In this document: positions 19,517-28,134 of the stretch, in pieces
How positions within the stretch are numbered: position 1 is the first letter of the stretch
Layout of the letters: each line of letters begins with the position of its first letter
Source: an uncultured Candidatus Solibacter sp.
GTDB taxonomy: Bacteria > Acidobacteriota > Terriglobia > Bryobacterales > Bryobacteraceae
DNA length: 64,000 bases
NCBI GenBank assembly: GCA_964558355.1
Contig: CAZLDN010000005.1
Coordinates: forward strand, 10,818 to 74,817
Direction: 5' to 3'
Notes under the pieces: generated by a model
The model's database searches: none
What the model saw: only the letters and a program-made list of their open reading frames with translations
Told to the model about the DNA's origin: nothing
Translations under genes and position numbers: made by a program

Positions 19517-20462
19517 AACGATCATCTCCACCCTCCTGGTCATCCTGGCCGGCCTGCTGCTCTCGCATCCCCGCATCGCCGCCCAGCAGGACGACCAGGC
19601 CACTTTCCGCACCGGCACGCGCCTGGTTGTCCTCTACTGCGGCGTCTTCGACAGACAGGGCCGCATGGTGACCGACTTGCCCCAGTCGGCCTTCAAGATC
19701 TATGAGAACAAGGCCGAACAGTCCATCCGCGTCTTCCGCCGGGAAGACATCCCAATCTCGCTCGGCCTCGTCATCGACAACAGCGGCAGCATGAGGACCA
19801 AGCGGCAGAAGGTCGAAGCGGCGGCAGTCCGGCTGGTGAAGGCGTCGAAGCGCAACGATGAGGTCTTCATCGTCAACTTCAACGATGAAGCTTATCTGGA
19901 CGTCACCTTCACGCCCGAGATCAAGAAGATGGAAGAAGGCGTGGCGCGCATCGACTCGCGCGGAGGAACGGCGCTACGCGACGCCGTCTCGATGTCGATC
20001 GACTACCTGCGGACCGAGGCCAAGAAGGAAAAAAAAGTCCTCCTCGTGGTGACCGACGGCAACGACACGGCTTCAGTCGGCATCACGCTCGAAAAATTGG
20101 TCGAGAAGGCCGAAAAGAGCGGCGTCCTGATCTATGCCATCGGCATCCTCGGCGACGAGGACCGGCGCGAGGCCAAGAAGGCCCAGCGGGCGATGAACGC
20201 GCTGACCAAAGCGTCAGGCGGCGCCAGTTACTATCCCGAGAGCACCGAAAGCGTCGATTCCGTGGCCGATCAGGTGGCCAACGACATCCGCAACCAGTAT
20301 GTGATCGCCTATTCGCCCGCGCTCCAGGCGCTGGACGGTACATACCGCCAGATCAAAGTGAACGCCGGCAGCCGCTTTTCGGTCAGGACCCGCACGGGCT
20401 ATTACGCCACGCCCGATGAAGCGGCGCCGAAACGGCCCATCGGCGCGCCGGGCGCAAACTGA
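19500..20462 (+). CDS. VWA-domain protein, paralogue of the preceding gene
   Basis: MIDAS motif DNSGSM, plus VTDGNDTAS and the tail YRQIKV...GYYATP. The start was set at MRRINRTIISTLLVILAG (signal anchor). It overlaps the upstream stop by 17 nt. Confidence 0.82.
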   Translation: MRRINRTIISTLLVILAGLLLSHPRIAAQQDDQATFRTGTRLVVLYCGVFDRQGRMVTDLPQSAFKIYENKAEQSIRVFRREDIPISLGLVIDNSGSMRTKRQKVEAAAVRLVKASKRNDEVFIVNFNDEAYLDVTFTPEIKKMEEGVARIDSRGGTALRDAVSMSIDYLRTEAKKEKKVLLVVTDGNDTASVGITLEKLVEKAEKSGVLIYAIGILGDEDRREAKKAQRAMNALTKASGGASYYPESTESVDSVADQVANDIRNQYVIAYSPALQALDGTYRQIKVNAGSRFSVRTRTGYYATPDEAAPKRPIGAPGAN

Positions 20463-20662
20463 TGATCCGCTACCTCTGGCGCGCGTCGAAGGGTTACCGG
20501 CTTACGCCCTGGAGGTCGCCCTACTGGCGTTGGCGCATCGAAACCTACTCCGGGTTGCACGCCGAAACAATCACGCCCAACGACTTCTGGCGCTTCGTCT
20601 GGACACATCGAGCCGAGATGTTCCGCTTCCTGCGCTGGGCCGATCGCATGGCCCAAGGCTGA
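20462..20662 (+). CDS. Trp/Arg-rich 66-aa hypothetical protein, translationally coupled to the VWA gene
   Basis: Its ATG shares one nucleotide with the upstream stop (TGATG). The 66 aa contain 7 Trp and 11 Arg. No recognisable domain. Confidence 0.45.
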   Translation: MIRYLWRASKGYRLTPWRSPYWRWRIETYSGLHAETITPNDFWRFVWTHRAEMFRFLRWADRMAQG

Positions 20663-20669
20663 CAAGACT

Positions 20670-21695
20670 TCAGAATCCTGCCGGACGGCCCGGCCCAGTC
20701 GAAATCCCTGTAAGCATCTGCGGACTCGGACAACAATTCGCCAGACACGGATTGGCCGCTTCGCCGCTGCTCAAACGCTCCTCGATCAATTCGCGAATCA
20801 CCGTGATGAACCTGGCATGAGTCCCGGCCGTCCCGGCCCGGACCATTTCAAGTCCCAACGAACGCGCGTGCTCCATCGCCCACGTATCAAGATCGACGAT
20901 CACCTCCATGTGATCCGAGATGAACCCGATCGGCTGTACGACAACCGTGCGTGAACCGCCGCCCGAGGCGATCTCCGAGAGCGCGTCTTTGATGTCCGGT
21001 TCCAGCCAGGGTTGCGACGGCGGCCCGCTGCGGCTCTGCCACACCAGCCGGTAATCGGTCCGTCCCATGCGCGAAGCCAGGTGCGCGGCTACTTCCTCAA
21101 GCTGTTGGACGTATCGCGAGGACCGGGCCATGGCGAGCGGAACGCTGTGGGCGGTGAAAAGCAATCGGGCCGATGCGCGGTCCATTTCCGGGATCTTGTC
21201 GAAAGCGGACTGGAGCCGATCCGCCAGTGCATCGAGGAAACCAGGCTGGTCATGGAAATGACGCAGCTTCACGCATTCCGGCGCGCCAGCCCCGACCGCG
21301 CCGCGCGCCCGTTCAATGTCTTCCAGGTACTGGCGGCAGGCCGAATACGACGAGTAGGCCGAGGTGACAAAGACGATGGCCCGCCGGATGCCATCACCGG
21401 CCATCTGGCGCATCGTGTCTTCGATGAAGGGATGCCAGTTGCGGTTGCCCCAGTAGATTGGCAGATCGATCGCGTGGAAGGCGAGTTCAACTTTGAGCGC
21501 GGCGATCAGCTCGCGGCACTGATCGTTGATAGGGCTGCGGCCGCCGAACAGCATGTAGTTCCCGGCGACTTCCTCCAGCCTCGCCCGCGGGACATTGCGT
21601 CCGCGCGTCACGTTCTCAAGAAACGGCATGACGTCTTCAGGCTTCTCGGGTCCGCCGAAACTGAGGACCAGCAATGCGTCGTAACGGAGTGGCAC
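20670..21695 (-). CDS. hemH: Ferrochelatase
   Basis: Motifs LVLSFGGPEKPEDVMPFLENV, FTAHSVP and ISDHMEV. Confidence 0.93.
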   Translation of the reverse strand: MPLRYDALLVLSFGGPEKPEDVMPFLENVTRGRNVPRARLEEVAGNYMLFGGRSPINDQCRELIAALKVELAFHAIDLPIYWGNRNWHPFIEDTMRQMAGDGIRRAIVFVTSAYSSYSACRQYLEDIERARGAVGAGAPECVKLRHFHDQPGFLDALADRLQSAFDKIPEMDRASARLLFTAHSVPLAMARSSRYVQQLEEVAAHLASRMGRTDYRLVWQSRSGPPSQPWLEPDIKDALSEIASGGGSRTVVVQPIGFISDHMEVIVDLDTWAMEHARSLGLEMVRAGTAGTHARFITVIRELIEERLSSGEAANPCLANCCPSPQMLTGISTGPGRPAGF

Positions 21696-21746
21696 TGTCT
21701 AATAGGATGCCGCAACGGCCGCCGCGTGTGAGAAAATCCCAGTTTC

Positions 21747-23135
21747 ATGTTCAATCGAAGAGAGTTCATCGCGGCCGGTTCCCTCTCCGCCGCCTCCGCC
21801 GCCCCCGCGGAAGACATAGCCGCAGCCCAGCGTCTCATCGATGCGGCGATGTCAGACCAGGCCGGATGGAAGCGTCTCGAGTACCTTTGCGATTCGATCG
21901 GTCACCGCCTCTCCGGTTCGACTGGCATGTCCCGGTCCATCGACTGGGCTCTATCCGAAATGAAGAAGGACGGGCTGGAAGGCGTCACCGCGCCCGAGGT
22001 GATGGTCCCGCACTGGGTGCGCGGCGAGGAGTCCGCCAGGTTGATCGCCCCATGGGAGACGGACCTGCCCATGCTCGGCCTGGGCGGATCCATCGCCACG
22101 CCCGTCCAAGGGATCACGGCGGAAACGGTCGCCGTGGAGAGCTTCGACGAGTTGGAGAAACTCGGCGCGGATAAGGTGAAGGGCAGGATCGTTGTCTATG
22201 CCGTGCCATGGGAAGGCTATGGCCGGACGGTGGCCTATCGCGGCAACGGCGCGATCCGGGCGGCGCAATTGGGGGCAGTCGCAGTGCTGGTCAGGGGTGC
22301 CGGACCTACCGGCCACAGGACGCCGCACACGGGCGCGATGCGCTACCAGGACAATGTTGCGAAGATCCCGGCCGCGGCCATCACGGCCGAGGATGCCGGC
22401 ATGCTGCTGCGGCTCTACCGGTCCGGCGCGCAGGCCAAGGTCCGGCTGAAGATGAACGCCCAGACCTTACCTGACGCCAAGGGAGCCAACGTCGTGGCCG
22501 AGTGGCGCGGGCGCGAGAAGCCGGAAGAGATCGTCGTCCTGGGCGGACACTTCGATTCCTGGGATGTCGGCCAGGGCGCGCATGACGACGGTGCCGCCTG
22601 TATCGCCTGCTGGACGGCCGTAACGCTGATGAAGACCCTCGGCATGAGGCCGCGCCGAACCGTGCGGGTCGTCCTCTGGGCCAACGAAGAGAACGGTCTC
22701 CGCGGCGGACGGGCTTACCGCGAATGGGTCGGCGACGCGGTGAAAAACCATGTCGCGGCCATTGAAATGGATGGTGGTTGCGAGAAGCCCTCGGGATTCG
22801 GAGTGACGATTCAGGGTGCGGCCCCAGAGGTCCAGGACCGGGCCGTTTCGAGCATGAAGGCCATCGCGGTTCCTCTCAATGCGCTCGGTGCGGGCGAGGT
22901 TGTCGCCGGAGGCGGTGGCGCGGACATCTCGCCCCTCATGCGTGAAGGCGTGCCCGGACTCGCGTTGAGAACCTCGGGCGGACGCTATTTCGAATGGCAC
23001 CACACGCACGCCGACACGCTGGATAAGGTTGATCCCAAGGATTTCCGCACCGCCGTGGCCGCGCTGGCCGTCGTGGCCTACGGACTCGCTGATAGCGAAC
23101 GCCGGTTGGCAGCCCCCTTAGGGAATCCGGCCTGA
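21747..23135 (+). CDS. Secreted M28-family aminopeptidase
   Basis: Tat-like N-terminus MFNRREFIAAGSL. Motifs GGHFDSWDVGQGAHDDGAACIA and WANEENGLRG. Confidence 0.85.
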   Translation: MFNRREFIAAGSLSAASAAPAEDIAAAQRLIDAAMSDQAGWKRLEYLCDSIGHRLSGSTGMSRSIDWALSEMKKDGLEGVTAPEVMVPHWVRGEESARLIAPWETDLPMLGLGGSIATPVQGITAETVAVESFDELEKLGADKVKGRIVVYAVPWEGYGRTVAYRGNGAIRAAQLGAVAVLVRGAGPTGHRTPHTGAMRYQDNVAKIPAAAITAEDAGMLLRLYRSGAQAKVRLKMNAQTLPDAKGANVVAEWRGREKPEEIVVLGGHFDSWDVGQGAHDDGAACIACWTAVTLMKTLGMRPRRTVRVVLWANEENGLRGGRAYREWVGDAVKNHVAAIEMDGGCEKPSGFGVTIQGAAPEVQDRAVSSMKAIAVPLNALGAGEVVAGGGGADISPLMREGVPGLALRTSGGRYFEWHHTHADTLDKVDPKDFRTAVAALAVVAYGLADSERRLAAPLGNPA

Positions 23136-23771
23136 GGCCCTGCCCCCGAACCCGCTCTGGGTCCCTGAGCCGCCCTGCTGTTGGGTGCTCCCGCCTGCCC
23201 GTCCGCCGTATCCGCCCTGCTGTGTGCTGGGGATCGCGCCTCCTGCTGCCCGGCCGCCGAATCCGCCTTGCGTCCCTAATCCACCCTGCCTGGCTGCCTC
23301 GGCCACGTCTTCCAGGAGCTTCGCCGCCCTCTGCACCTTGCTTTCCAAATTGCTGAACCCTTGGCGCACCTTGCTCTTGGCGTAATCAGCCGCCCTGTCG
23401 ATATCGCTCTGTGTTGCCCCAGGCAAACCGGCGCTCGGAATATCTCCGCCGCTGCGGTTGAATCCCGCGGGCGGATCCGGCTGGTAGGGTTGAGGCACGC
23501 CGGACAACTCCGCCGCGGCCCCTGCCGAGGTGCTCGCCACACCCGCCGAGATGTTCATCCCGCATTGAAGCGCACTGATGGCCCGGAGCAGGTGCGTCGC
23601 GTCCTTATCTCGCTGCCATGCCTCGATCTCCTGCACCACCGCTCGCTCAATACCGCGCAATCGCATCGTCTGTTGCTGCGTTGACTGCGCTGCACTGCGG
23701 ATCTTGGCCTCTTTCTCAGCCCACTGAACGCGTTCCATCCCCGGGATTTGCTGCATCTGACGCTCCTCCAC
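23118..23771 (-). CDS. Hypothetical protein with a helical N-terminal half and a Gly/Arg/Gln-rich repeat tail
   Basis: The C-terminal 60 aa carry GGFGGRAAGG / GGYGGRAGG / SGFGGRASG repeats. The 3' end overlaps the convergent M28 gene by 18 nt. Coding status rests only on ORF length and position. Confidence 0.45.
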   Translation of the reverse strand: MEERQMQQIPGMERVQWAEKEAKIRSAAQSTQQQTMRLRGIERAVVQEIEAWQRDKDATHLLRAISALQCGMNISAGVASTSAGAAAELSGVPQPYQPDPPAGFNRSGGDIPSAGLPGATQSDIDRAADYAKSKVRQGFSNLESKVQRAAKLLEDVAEAARQGGLGTQGGFGGRAAGGAIPSTQQGGYGGRAGGSTQQQGGSGTQSGFGGRASGRIP

Positions 23772-23873
23772 TCACTCAGGAGTTAACGGTCTGATAGTAC
23801 GCCTCTCTTGGCTTTTCGACAAGTGGAACAAACTTTATCTGTTTGTACGTCATGGCGCCTGGCCCGGACGCGG

Positions 23874-23879
23874 TAAAAT
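23874..23879 (+). promoter_or_regulatory. Candidate -10 box TAAAAT, 7 nt upstream of the prfB ATG
   Basis: Sequence GGTAAAATGGAATCTATG. The same GGTAAAAT octamer precedes the gene at 27902. Confidence 0.35.
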
Positions 23880-23886
23880 GGAATCT

Positions 23887-25021
23887 ATGACCCTCGAAGA
23901 ACTCGAGCGCGAATACACCGAGCTCCGCCAGCAATCAGAAGCCGTGCGGAGCTATCTTTGACATTCCCGCCAAACGAACCCGTCTCGACGAAATAGAAAT
24001 TCTCGTCTCCTCGCCCGACTTCTGGAATAGCCCAGACGGCAGCCAGAAGCTCATGCAGGAGCGCAAACGGCTCGAAGACTCCGTCGGGCAGGACCGCGGC
24101 GTCGTCACTTTGGTCAGCGACATCGACACCTTCTTCGAACTCGGCCGCGAGGGCGAAGACGTCGCCGCCGAACTGGCTCGCGAAATCAAGCGTCTCCGGA
24201 GCGTGGTCGACAAACTGGAAACCGCCATGCTGCTCTCCGGTGAAAACGACCACCGCGGCGCCATCATGAATATCCACCCCGGCGCCGGCGGCACCGAAAG
24301 CCAGGACTGGGCCGAGATGCTGATGCGCATGTTCATGCGCTGGGCTGAACGCAACGGCTTCTCCGCCACCGTCACCGACATCCTCGATGGCGAAGGCGCG
24401 GGCATCAAATCCGCCACCATCGAAATCGATGGCGATGGCGCTTTCGGCCAGTTGCAGTCCGAGATCGGCGTCCACCGCCTGGTCCGCATCTCGCCGTTCG
24501 ACGCCAATGCCCGGCGCCACACCTCTTTTGCCTCCGTCTTCGTCATTCCCATGGTGGATGACGACATCAAGATCGAGCTTAAGCCCGACGACATCAGAGT
24601 CGACGTCTTCCGGGCCTCGGGAGCCGGCGGCCAGCACGTCAACCGGACCGAGTCGGCCGTGCGATTCACCCACATCCCGACCGGGATTGTCGTGCAGTGC
24701 CAGAGCGAGCGGTCGCAGCACAAGAACCGGGGGACGGCGCTGAAGCAACTGAAGGCGCGGCTCTGGGAACACGAGTTGGACAAGCGGCGCGCCGAAGAGA
24801 AGAAGCTCGAGGATTCCAAGTCCGACATCAACTTCGGCAGCCAGATCCGCAGCTACGTCCTCGCCCCCTACCGGCTGATCAAGGACCACCGGACCAAAAT
24901 GGCTGTCGGCGACGTGGACCGGGTCTTGGACGGAGACCTCGAAGGGCTGATTCACGCTTTCCTGGTCTGGAAGAAGACCGGCAAGATCGCAGGCGACACC
25001 AAGGACGACCTGCCTGAATAA
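23887..25021 (+). CDS. prfB: Peptide chain release factor 2, expressed through a programmed +1 frameshift at 23959
   Basis: Frame 0 reads MTLEELEREYTELRQQSEAVRSYL then TGA (23959-23961). The +1 frame continues DIPAKRTRLDEIEILVSSPDFWNSPDGSQKLMQE into the 322-aa ORF, which carries SPF-region sequence and GGQHVNRTESAVR (GGQ). Confidence 0.93.
23948..23962 (+). promoter_or_regulatory. RF2 autoregulatory frameshift site (internal SD GGAG, slippery CTT, TGA C)
   Basis: GGAGCTATCTTTGAC compares with the E. coli site GGGGGTATCTTTGAC. Confidence 0.88.
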
Positions 25022-25025
25022 TCCA

Positions 25026-26018
25026 GTGGACACAGCCAGCAACCAGAGGCCGCGAACGCAGAGAGCGGGTTCCGGCCCGGACTCTGGGATCATCGGGCTT
25101 CCGAAAACCACGCTCGACCTTGCGGCGTCACTGATCCGCTCAGGCCGCCTGGTGGCATTCCCCACTGAAACTGTCTACGGCCTCGGCGCTAATGCGCTGG
25201 ACCCTGCCGCGGTCCGCCGCATCTTCGAGGCCAAGGGCCGGCCCTCGACCAGCCCGCTGATCGTCCATGTCGATTCCGAAGAAATGGCCCGCCGCCTGGT
25301 CACCGAATGGCCTGAGGCGGCGAGGAAATTGACGGCCCGCCACTGGCCCGGGCCCCTGACTCTGGTCCTGCCGAAAGATAGCCAGGTGCCTGACGAGGTC
25401 ACGGCTGGGTTGAATACCGTCGGCATCCGGATGCCTGCCCACCCCATCGCCCTGGCGCTGATCCGCGCCGCCGGCGTACCAATCGCCGCACCCAGCGCCA
25501 ACCGCTTTACGGAACTTTCCCCCACTTCGGCCGATCATGTCCGCAAGAGCCTCGGCGACACGGTCGATCTAATCCTCGACGGCGGCACGACACCCGTCGG
25601 AATAGAATCAACTGTACTTTCATTGGCGGTTTCCCCGCCTGTCCTCCTGAGGCCCGGGATGGTGACCCGCGAAGAGATCGAAGCGCTCATCGGCCCAGTC
25701 TCGCTACCAAACGAACTTATCCCCGAGGCGGCGCACCCTTCACCGGGCCTTCATCCCCGCCACTACAGCCCGAACACGCCCCTGGTCCTGGTTCAGGGGG
25801 GAGTCCTGCCGCGTCACGGCAAAGGGGTCTACGTCTCCCACCTGTCCGGGGCCGGCGTGTCTATGCCCAGCCAAGCCAGGGAGTATGCCGCAGTCATCTA
25901 CGCCACTCTCCATAATCTCGATGGAGAATGTCTAGATTGGATCGCCGTCGAGACGCCGCCGGACACGGACGAATGGGCCGGCATCCGGGACCGCCTGAAG
26001 CGGGCATCGATCCTTTAG
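25026..26018 (+). CDS. tsaC: L-threonylcarbamoyladenylate synthase (Sua5/YwlC type, YrdC plus Sua5 C-terminal domains)
   Basis: Motifs FPTETVYGLGANALDPAAVRRIFEAKGRPSTSPLIVHV and SANRF. GTG 25026 is the only canonical in-frame start upstream of the domain. Codons 9-15 are occupied by a copy of the dispersed repeat. Confidence 0.85.
   Translation: MDTASNQRPRTQRAGSGPDSGIIGLPKTTLDLAASLIRSGRLVAFPTETVYGLGANALDPAAVRRIFEAKGRPSTSPLIVHVDSEEMARRLVTEWPEAARKLTARHWPGPLTLVLPKDSQVPDEVTAGLNTVGIRMPAHPIALALIRAAGVPIAAPSANRFTELSPTSADHVRKSLGDTVDLILDGGTTPVGIESTVLSLAVSPPVLLRPGMVTREEIEALIGPVSLPNELIPEAAHPSPGLHPRHYSPNTPLVLVQGGVLPRHGKGVYVSHLSGAGVSMPSQAREYAAVIYATLHNLDGECLDWIAVETPPDTDEWAGIRDRLKRASIL
25050..25070 (+). repeat. 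Dispersed repeat, core-only copy C
   Basis: Exact 21-nt core. It lies 29 nt after the prfB stop, inside the annotated 5' end of tsaC. Confidence 0.6.
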
Positions 26019-26098
26019 AATCAATTACTTAGTCAGTCTATTGAATTCGTTTGGTCGGACCTCTCCGGGGGTGGGGCTCGCCGGACTGTGAACTTCGA

Positions 26099-26104
26099 TA
26101 GAAT
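26099..26104 (+). promoter_or_regulatory. Candidate -10 box TAGAAT, 11 nt upstream of the ATG at 26116
   Basis: Sequence CGATAGAATCTCTGACGGCCATG, with no SD. Confidence 0.3.
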
Positions 26105-26115
26105 CTCTGACGGCC

Positions 26116-27381
26116 ATGCCCGACACTCGCCCAACTCGCACGCGCTGGATCATCCTTGCGATCCTCTTCCTGATCACGACGAATAACTACCTGGACAGGA
26201 TCATCCTCGGGATCTTAAGCCCGGTGATCCTGGAGGACCTGGGGCTGTCAAAAATGGAATACGGCTACATCAACAGCGCGTTCCAGTTTACCTACGCCAT
26301 CGGGTTTCTCATCATGGGGAAGGTGATCGACCGCCAAGGGACGCGGATCGGCTACTCGATCTCGATTTTCCTGTGGAGCGTGGCGGCGGGGCTTCATGCG
26401 CTTTCGCGTAGCGCGGTGTCGCTCGGCTTCTGGCGCGGCTTGTTGGGTTTGGGCGAATCAGGCAACTTCCCGGCGGCGATCAAGGCAGTCACGGAGTGGT
26501 TCCCGAAGAAGGACAGGGCCTTTGCCACCGGCATCTTCAACGCCGGAACGAATGTGGCGACGATGATCGGGCCGCCGGTCTTCGTCTGGATGAACTCGCA
26601 TTTCGGCTGGCGGGACTGCTTTCTGATCACTGCCTCGTCTGGCGCCATTTGTCTGGCCGCCTGGTGGTTCTACTACCGGATTCCGTCCGAGCACAAATCG
26701 GTGAATGCCGCTGAACTGGCCTACATCCACTCCGACCCGGACGAGCAGGTGGAAGCGCCCATGGGCTGGATAGCGGCATTGGGTCACAGAGAGACCTATG
26801 GTTTCGCCCTGGCGAAGTTCTTCAGCGACCCGGTGTGGTGGTTCTATCTCACCTGGCTGACGCTGTATTTCAAGGAAGAGCGCGGATTGAGCCTGGAGCA
26901 GATCGGCTGGTCGCTGCCGTTCATCTACCTGATGGCCGACTTCGGCAGCGTCATGGGCGGCTGGATTTCGGGCCACCTGATGCGGCGCGGATGGACGAAC
27001 GTGAAGGCGCGGAAGACGACCATGGGGTTCTTCGCGCTCTGCATGCCGGTGGCGGCGACGGCCGTGATCCAACCCAACCTCTTCGTGGCGATCGGACTGA
27101 TCAGCCTGGCGACCGCCGCTCATCAGGGCTGGTCGGCCAATCTCTATACGACGGTCTCCGATGTCTTCCCGAAATCAGCAGTGGCGTCAGTGACCGGCAT
27201 TGGCGGGTTCCTCGGCGGCATGGGCGGCGTGGTCTTCACCGCGTTGCTGCCCGCCTATCTGGTGACGCACTTCGGCTATGAGCCCGTTTTCGTCATGATG
27301 GGCACATTCCACCTGATCGCCTTCGCCGTGATGCACACCCTCATGGGCAAGATGGAGAAAATCACTCCGAAGGCCGCATAG
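26116..27381 (+). CDS. MFS transporter (ACS / hexuronate-ExuT-like family)
   Basis: Motif NNYLDRIILGILSPVILEDLGLSKMEYGYINSAFQFTYAIG. 12 predicted TM segments. Confidence 0.85.
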   Translation: MPDTRPTRTRWIILAILFLITTNNYLDRIILGILSPVILEDLGLSKMEYGYINSAFQFTYAIGFLIMGKVIDRQGTRIGYSISIFLWSVAAGLHALSRSAVSLGFWRGLLGLGESGNFPAAIKAVTEWFPKKDRAFATGIFNAGTNVATMIGPPVFVWMNSHFGWRDCFLITASSGAICLAAWWFYYRIPSEHKSVNAAELAYIHSDPDEQVEAPMGWIAALGHRETYGFALAKFFSDPVWWFYLTWLTLYFKEERGLSLEQIGWSLPFIYLMADFGSVMGGWISGHLMRRGWTNVKARKTTMGFFALCMPVAATAVIQPNLFVAIGLISLATAAHQGWSANLYTTVSDVFPKSAVASVTGIGGFLGGMGGVVFTALLPAYLVTHFGYEPVFVMMGTFHLIAFAVMHTLMGKMEKITPKAA

Positions 27382-27390
27382 ACGAATTGC

Positions 27391-27810
27391 CTAATACTCG
27401 CCGCGGCCCAGCGGGCGGAGGCACTCGAACTCGACCCAGCCGGTCCGGCCGGTTTGGGGTCCTGACGTTACTTCGATCCTGCGCTTGCTGCCGGAATCGC
27501 CGGTCACGCGGACCCGGGCGCCCGCTTCGAGCGCGAATGCCTGCTTCGCGGCTTCCGCCTTCCGCAGCGCTGCTTCGTCACCCTTGGCGGTGGCGGCATG
27601 GAGGTCGTAGGTCATCGAGGCGTTGGTCGCGACCCAGACCACCGGCCCGCCATGGCCCTCGGCGACGGCTGTCTCGCCCGTGTAGACAACGTGGTCGTAC
27701 TTGGTCTCCGGCTTCAGATTCCAGTAGCGCCCGATCATCAAGGCGACCAGGAAAACCCCAACGACGACGGCGAAAATGTTGAGCTTGCCCATAAGATGCC
27801 TCCGGCTCAT
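27391..27810 (-). CDS. Hypothetical membrane-anchored protein
   Basis: One N-terminal TM segment (LNIFAVVVGVFLVALMIG) followed by a beta-rich domain of about 100 aa. No motif recognised. Confidence 0.5.
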   Translation of the reverse strand: MSRRHLMGKLNIFAVVVGVFLVALMIGRYWNLKPETKYDHVVYTGETAVAEGHGGPVVWVATNASMTYDLHAATAKGDEAALRKAEAAKQAFALEAGARVRVTGDSGSKRRIEVTSGPQTGRTGWVEFECLRPLGRGEY

Positions 27811-27885
27811 GTTTACTACTAACGGTGCCAGGAATCAACGGCCACATGCCGGGACCGTCACCAGGTCCGGTGCGAGTGCATCCGG

Positions 27886-27891
27886 TAAAAT
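27886..27891 (+). promoter_or_regulatory. Candidate -10 box TAAAAT, 10 nt upstream of the ATG at 27902
   Basis: Sequence CCGGTAAAATAGAAACAGCCATG. Confidence 0.3.
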
Positions 27892-27901
27892 AGAAACAGC
27901 C

Positions 27902-28102
27902 ATGCCAATGTACGAATACCGCTGCTCGAATTGCGGGCGGCTCTATGAGCAACTCCGACGAATGTCGGAGGCTGAGAAAGACCTGCGCTGCCCGCATTGC
28001 GACTCACAAGACGTGCGGCGGCAGGTTTCGGCCTGCGCCGTTCGCAGCACGGGCGGCAGCGGCGGCGGCGGGTGCGGCCCCGCGGGCCGCGGCTTCACCT
28101 GA
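27902..28102 (+). CDS. FmdB-family zinc-ribbon protein
   Basis: MPMYEYRCSNCGRLYEQLRRMSEAEKDLRCPHCDS is the canonical MPxYEYxCxxCG...CPxC signature. Gly-rich tail. Confidence 0.78.
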   Translation: MPMYEYRCSNCGRLYEQLRRMSEAEKDLRCPHCDSQDVRRQVSACAVRSTGGSGGGGCGPAGRGFT

Positions 28103-28115
28103 GCGCGCTGAGACC

Positions 28116-28134
28116 GCCGGCCCGTGCGGCCGGC
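28116..28134 (+). terminator. GC-rich hairpin 14 nt after the FmdB stop (possible terminator, no U-tract)
   Basis: GCCGGCC-cgtgc-GGCCGGC, a 7-bp perfect stem. Confidence 0.3.

Noticed and set aside
23885-25165. 426-aa ORF on the minus strand covering the prfB locus
   Set aside because: It is antisense to an unmistakable RF2 coding sequence. The product is low-complexity and Gly/Asp/Val/Ala-rich, typical of a GC-driven shadow ORF.
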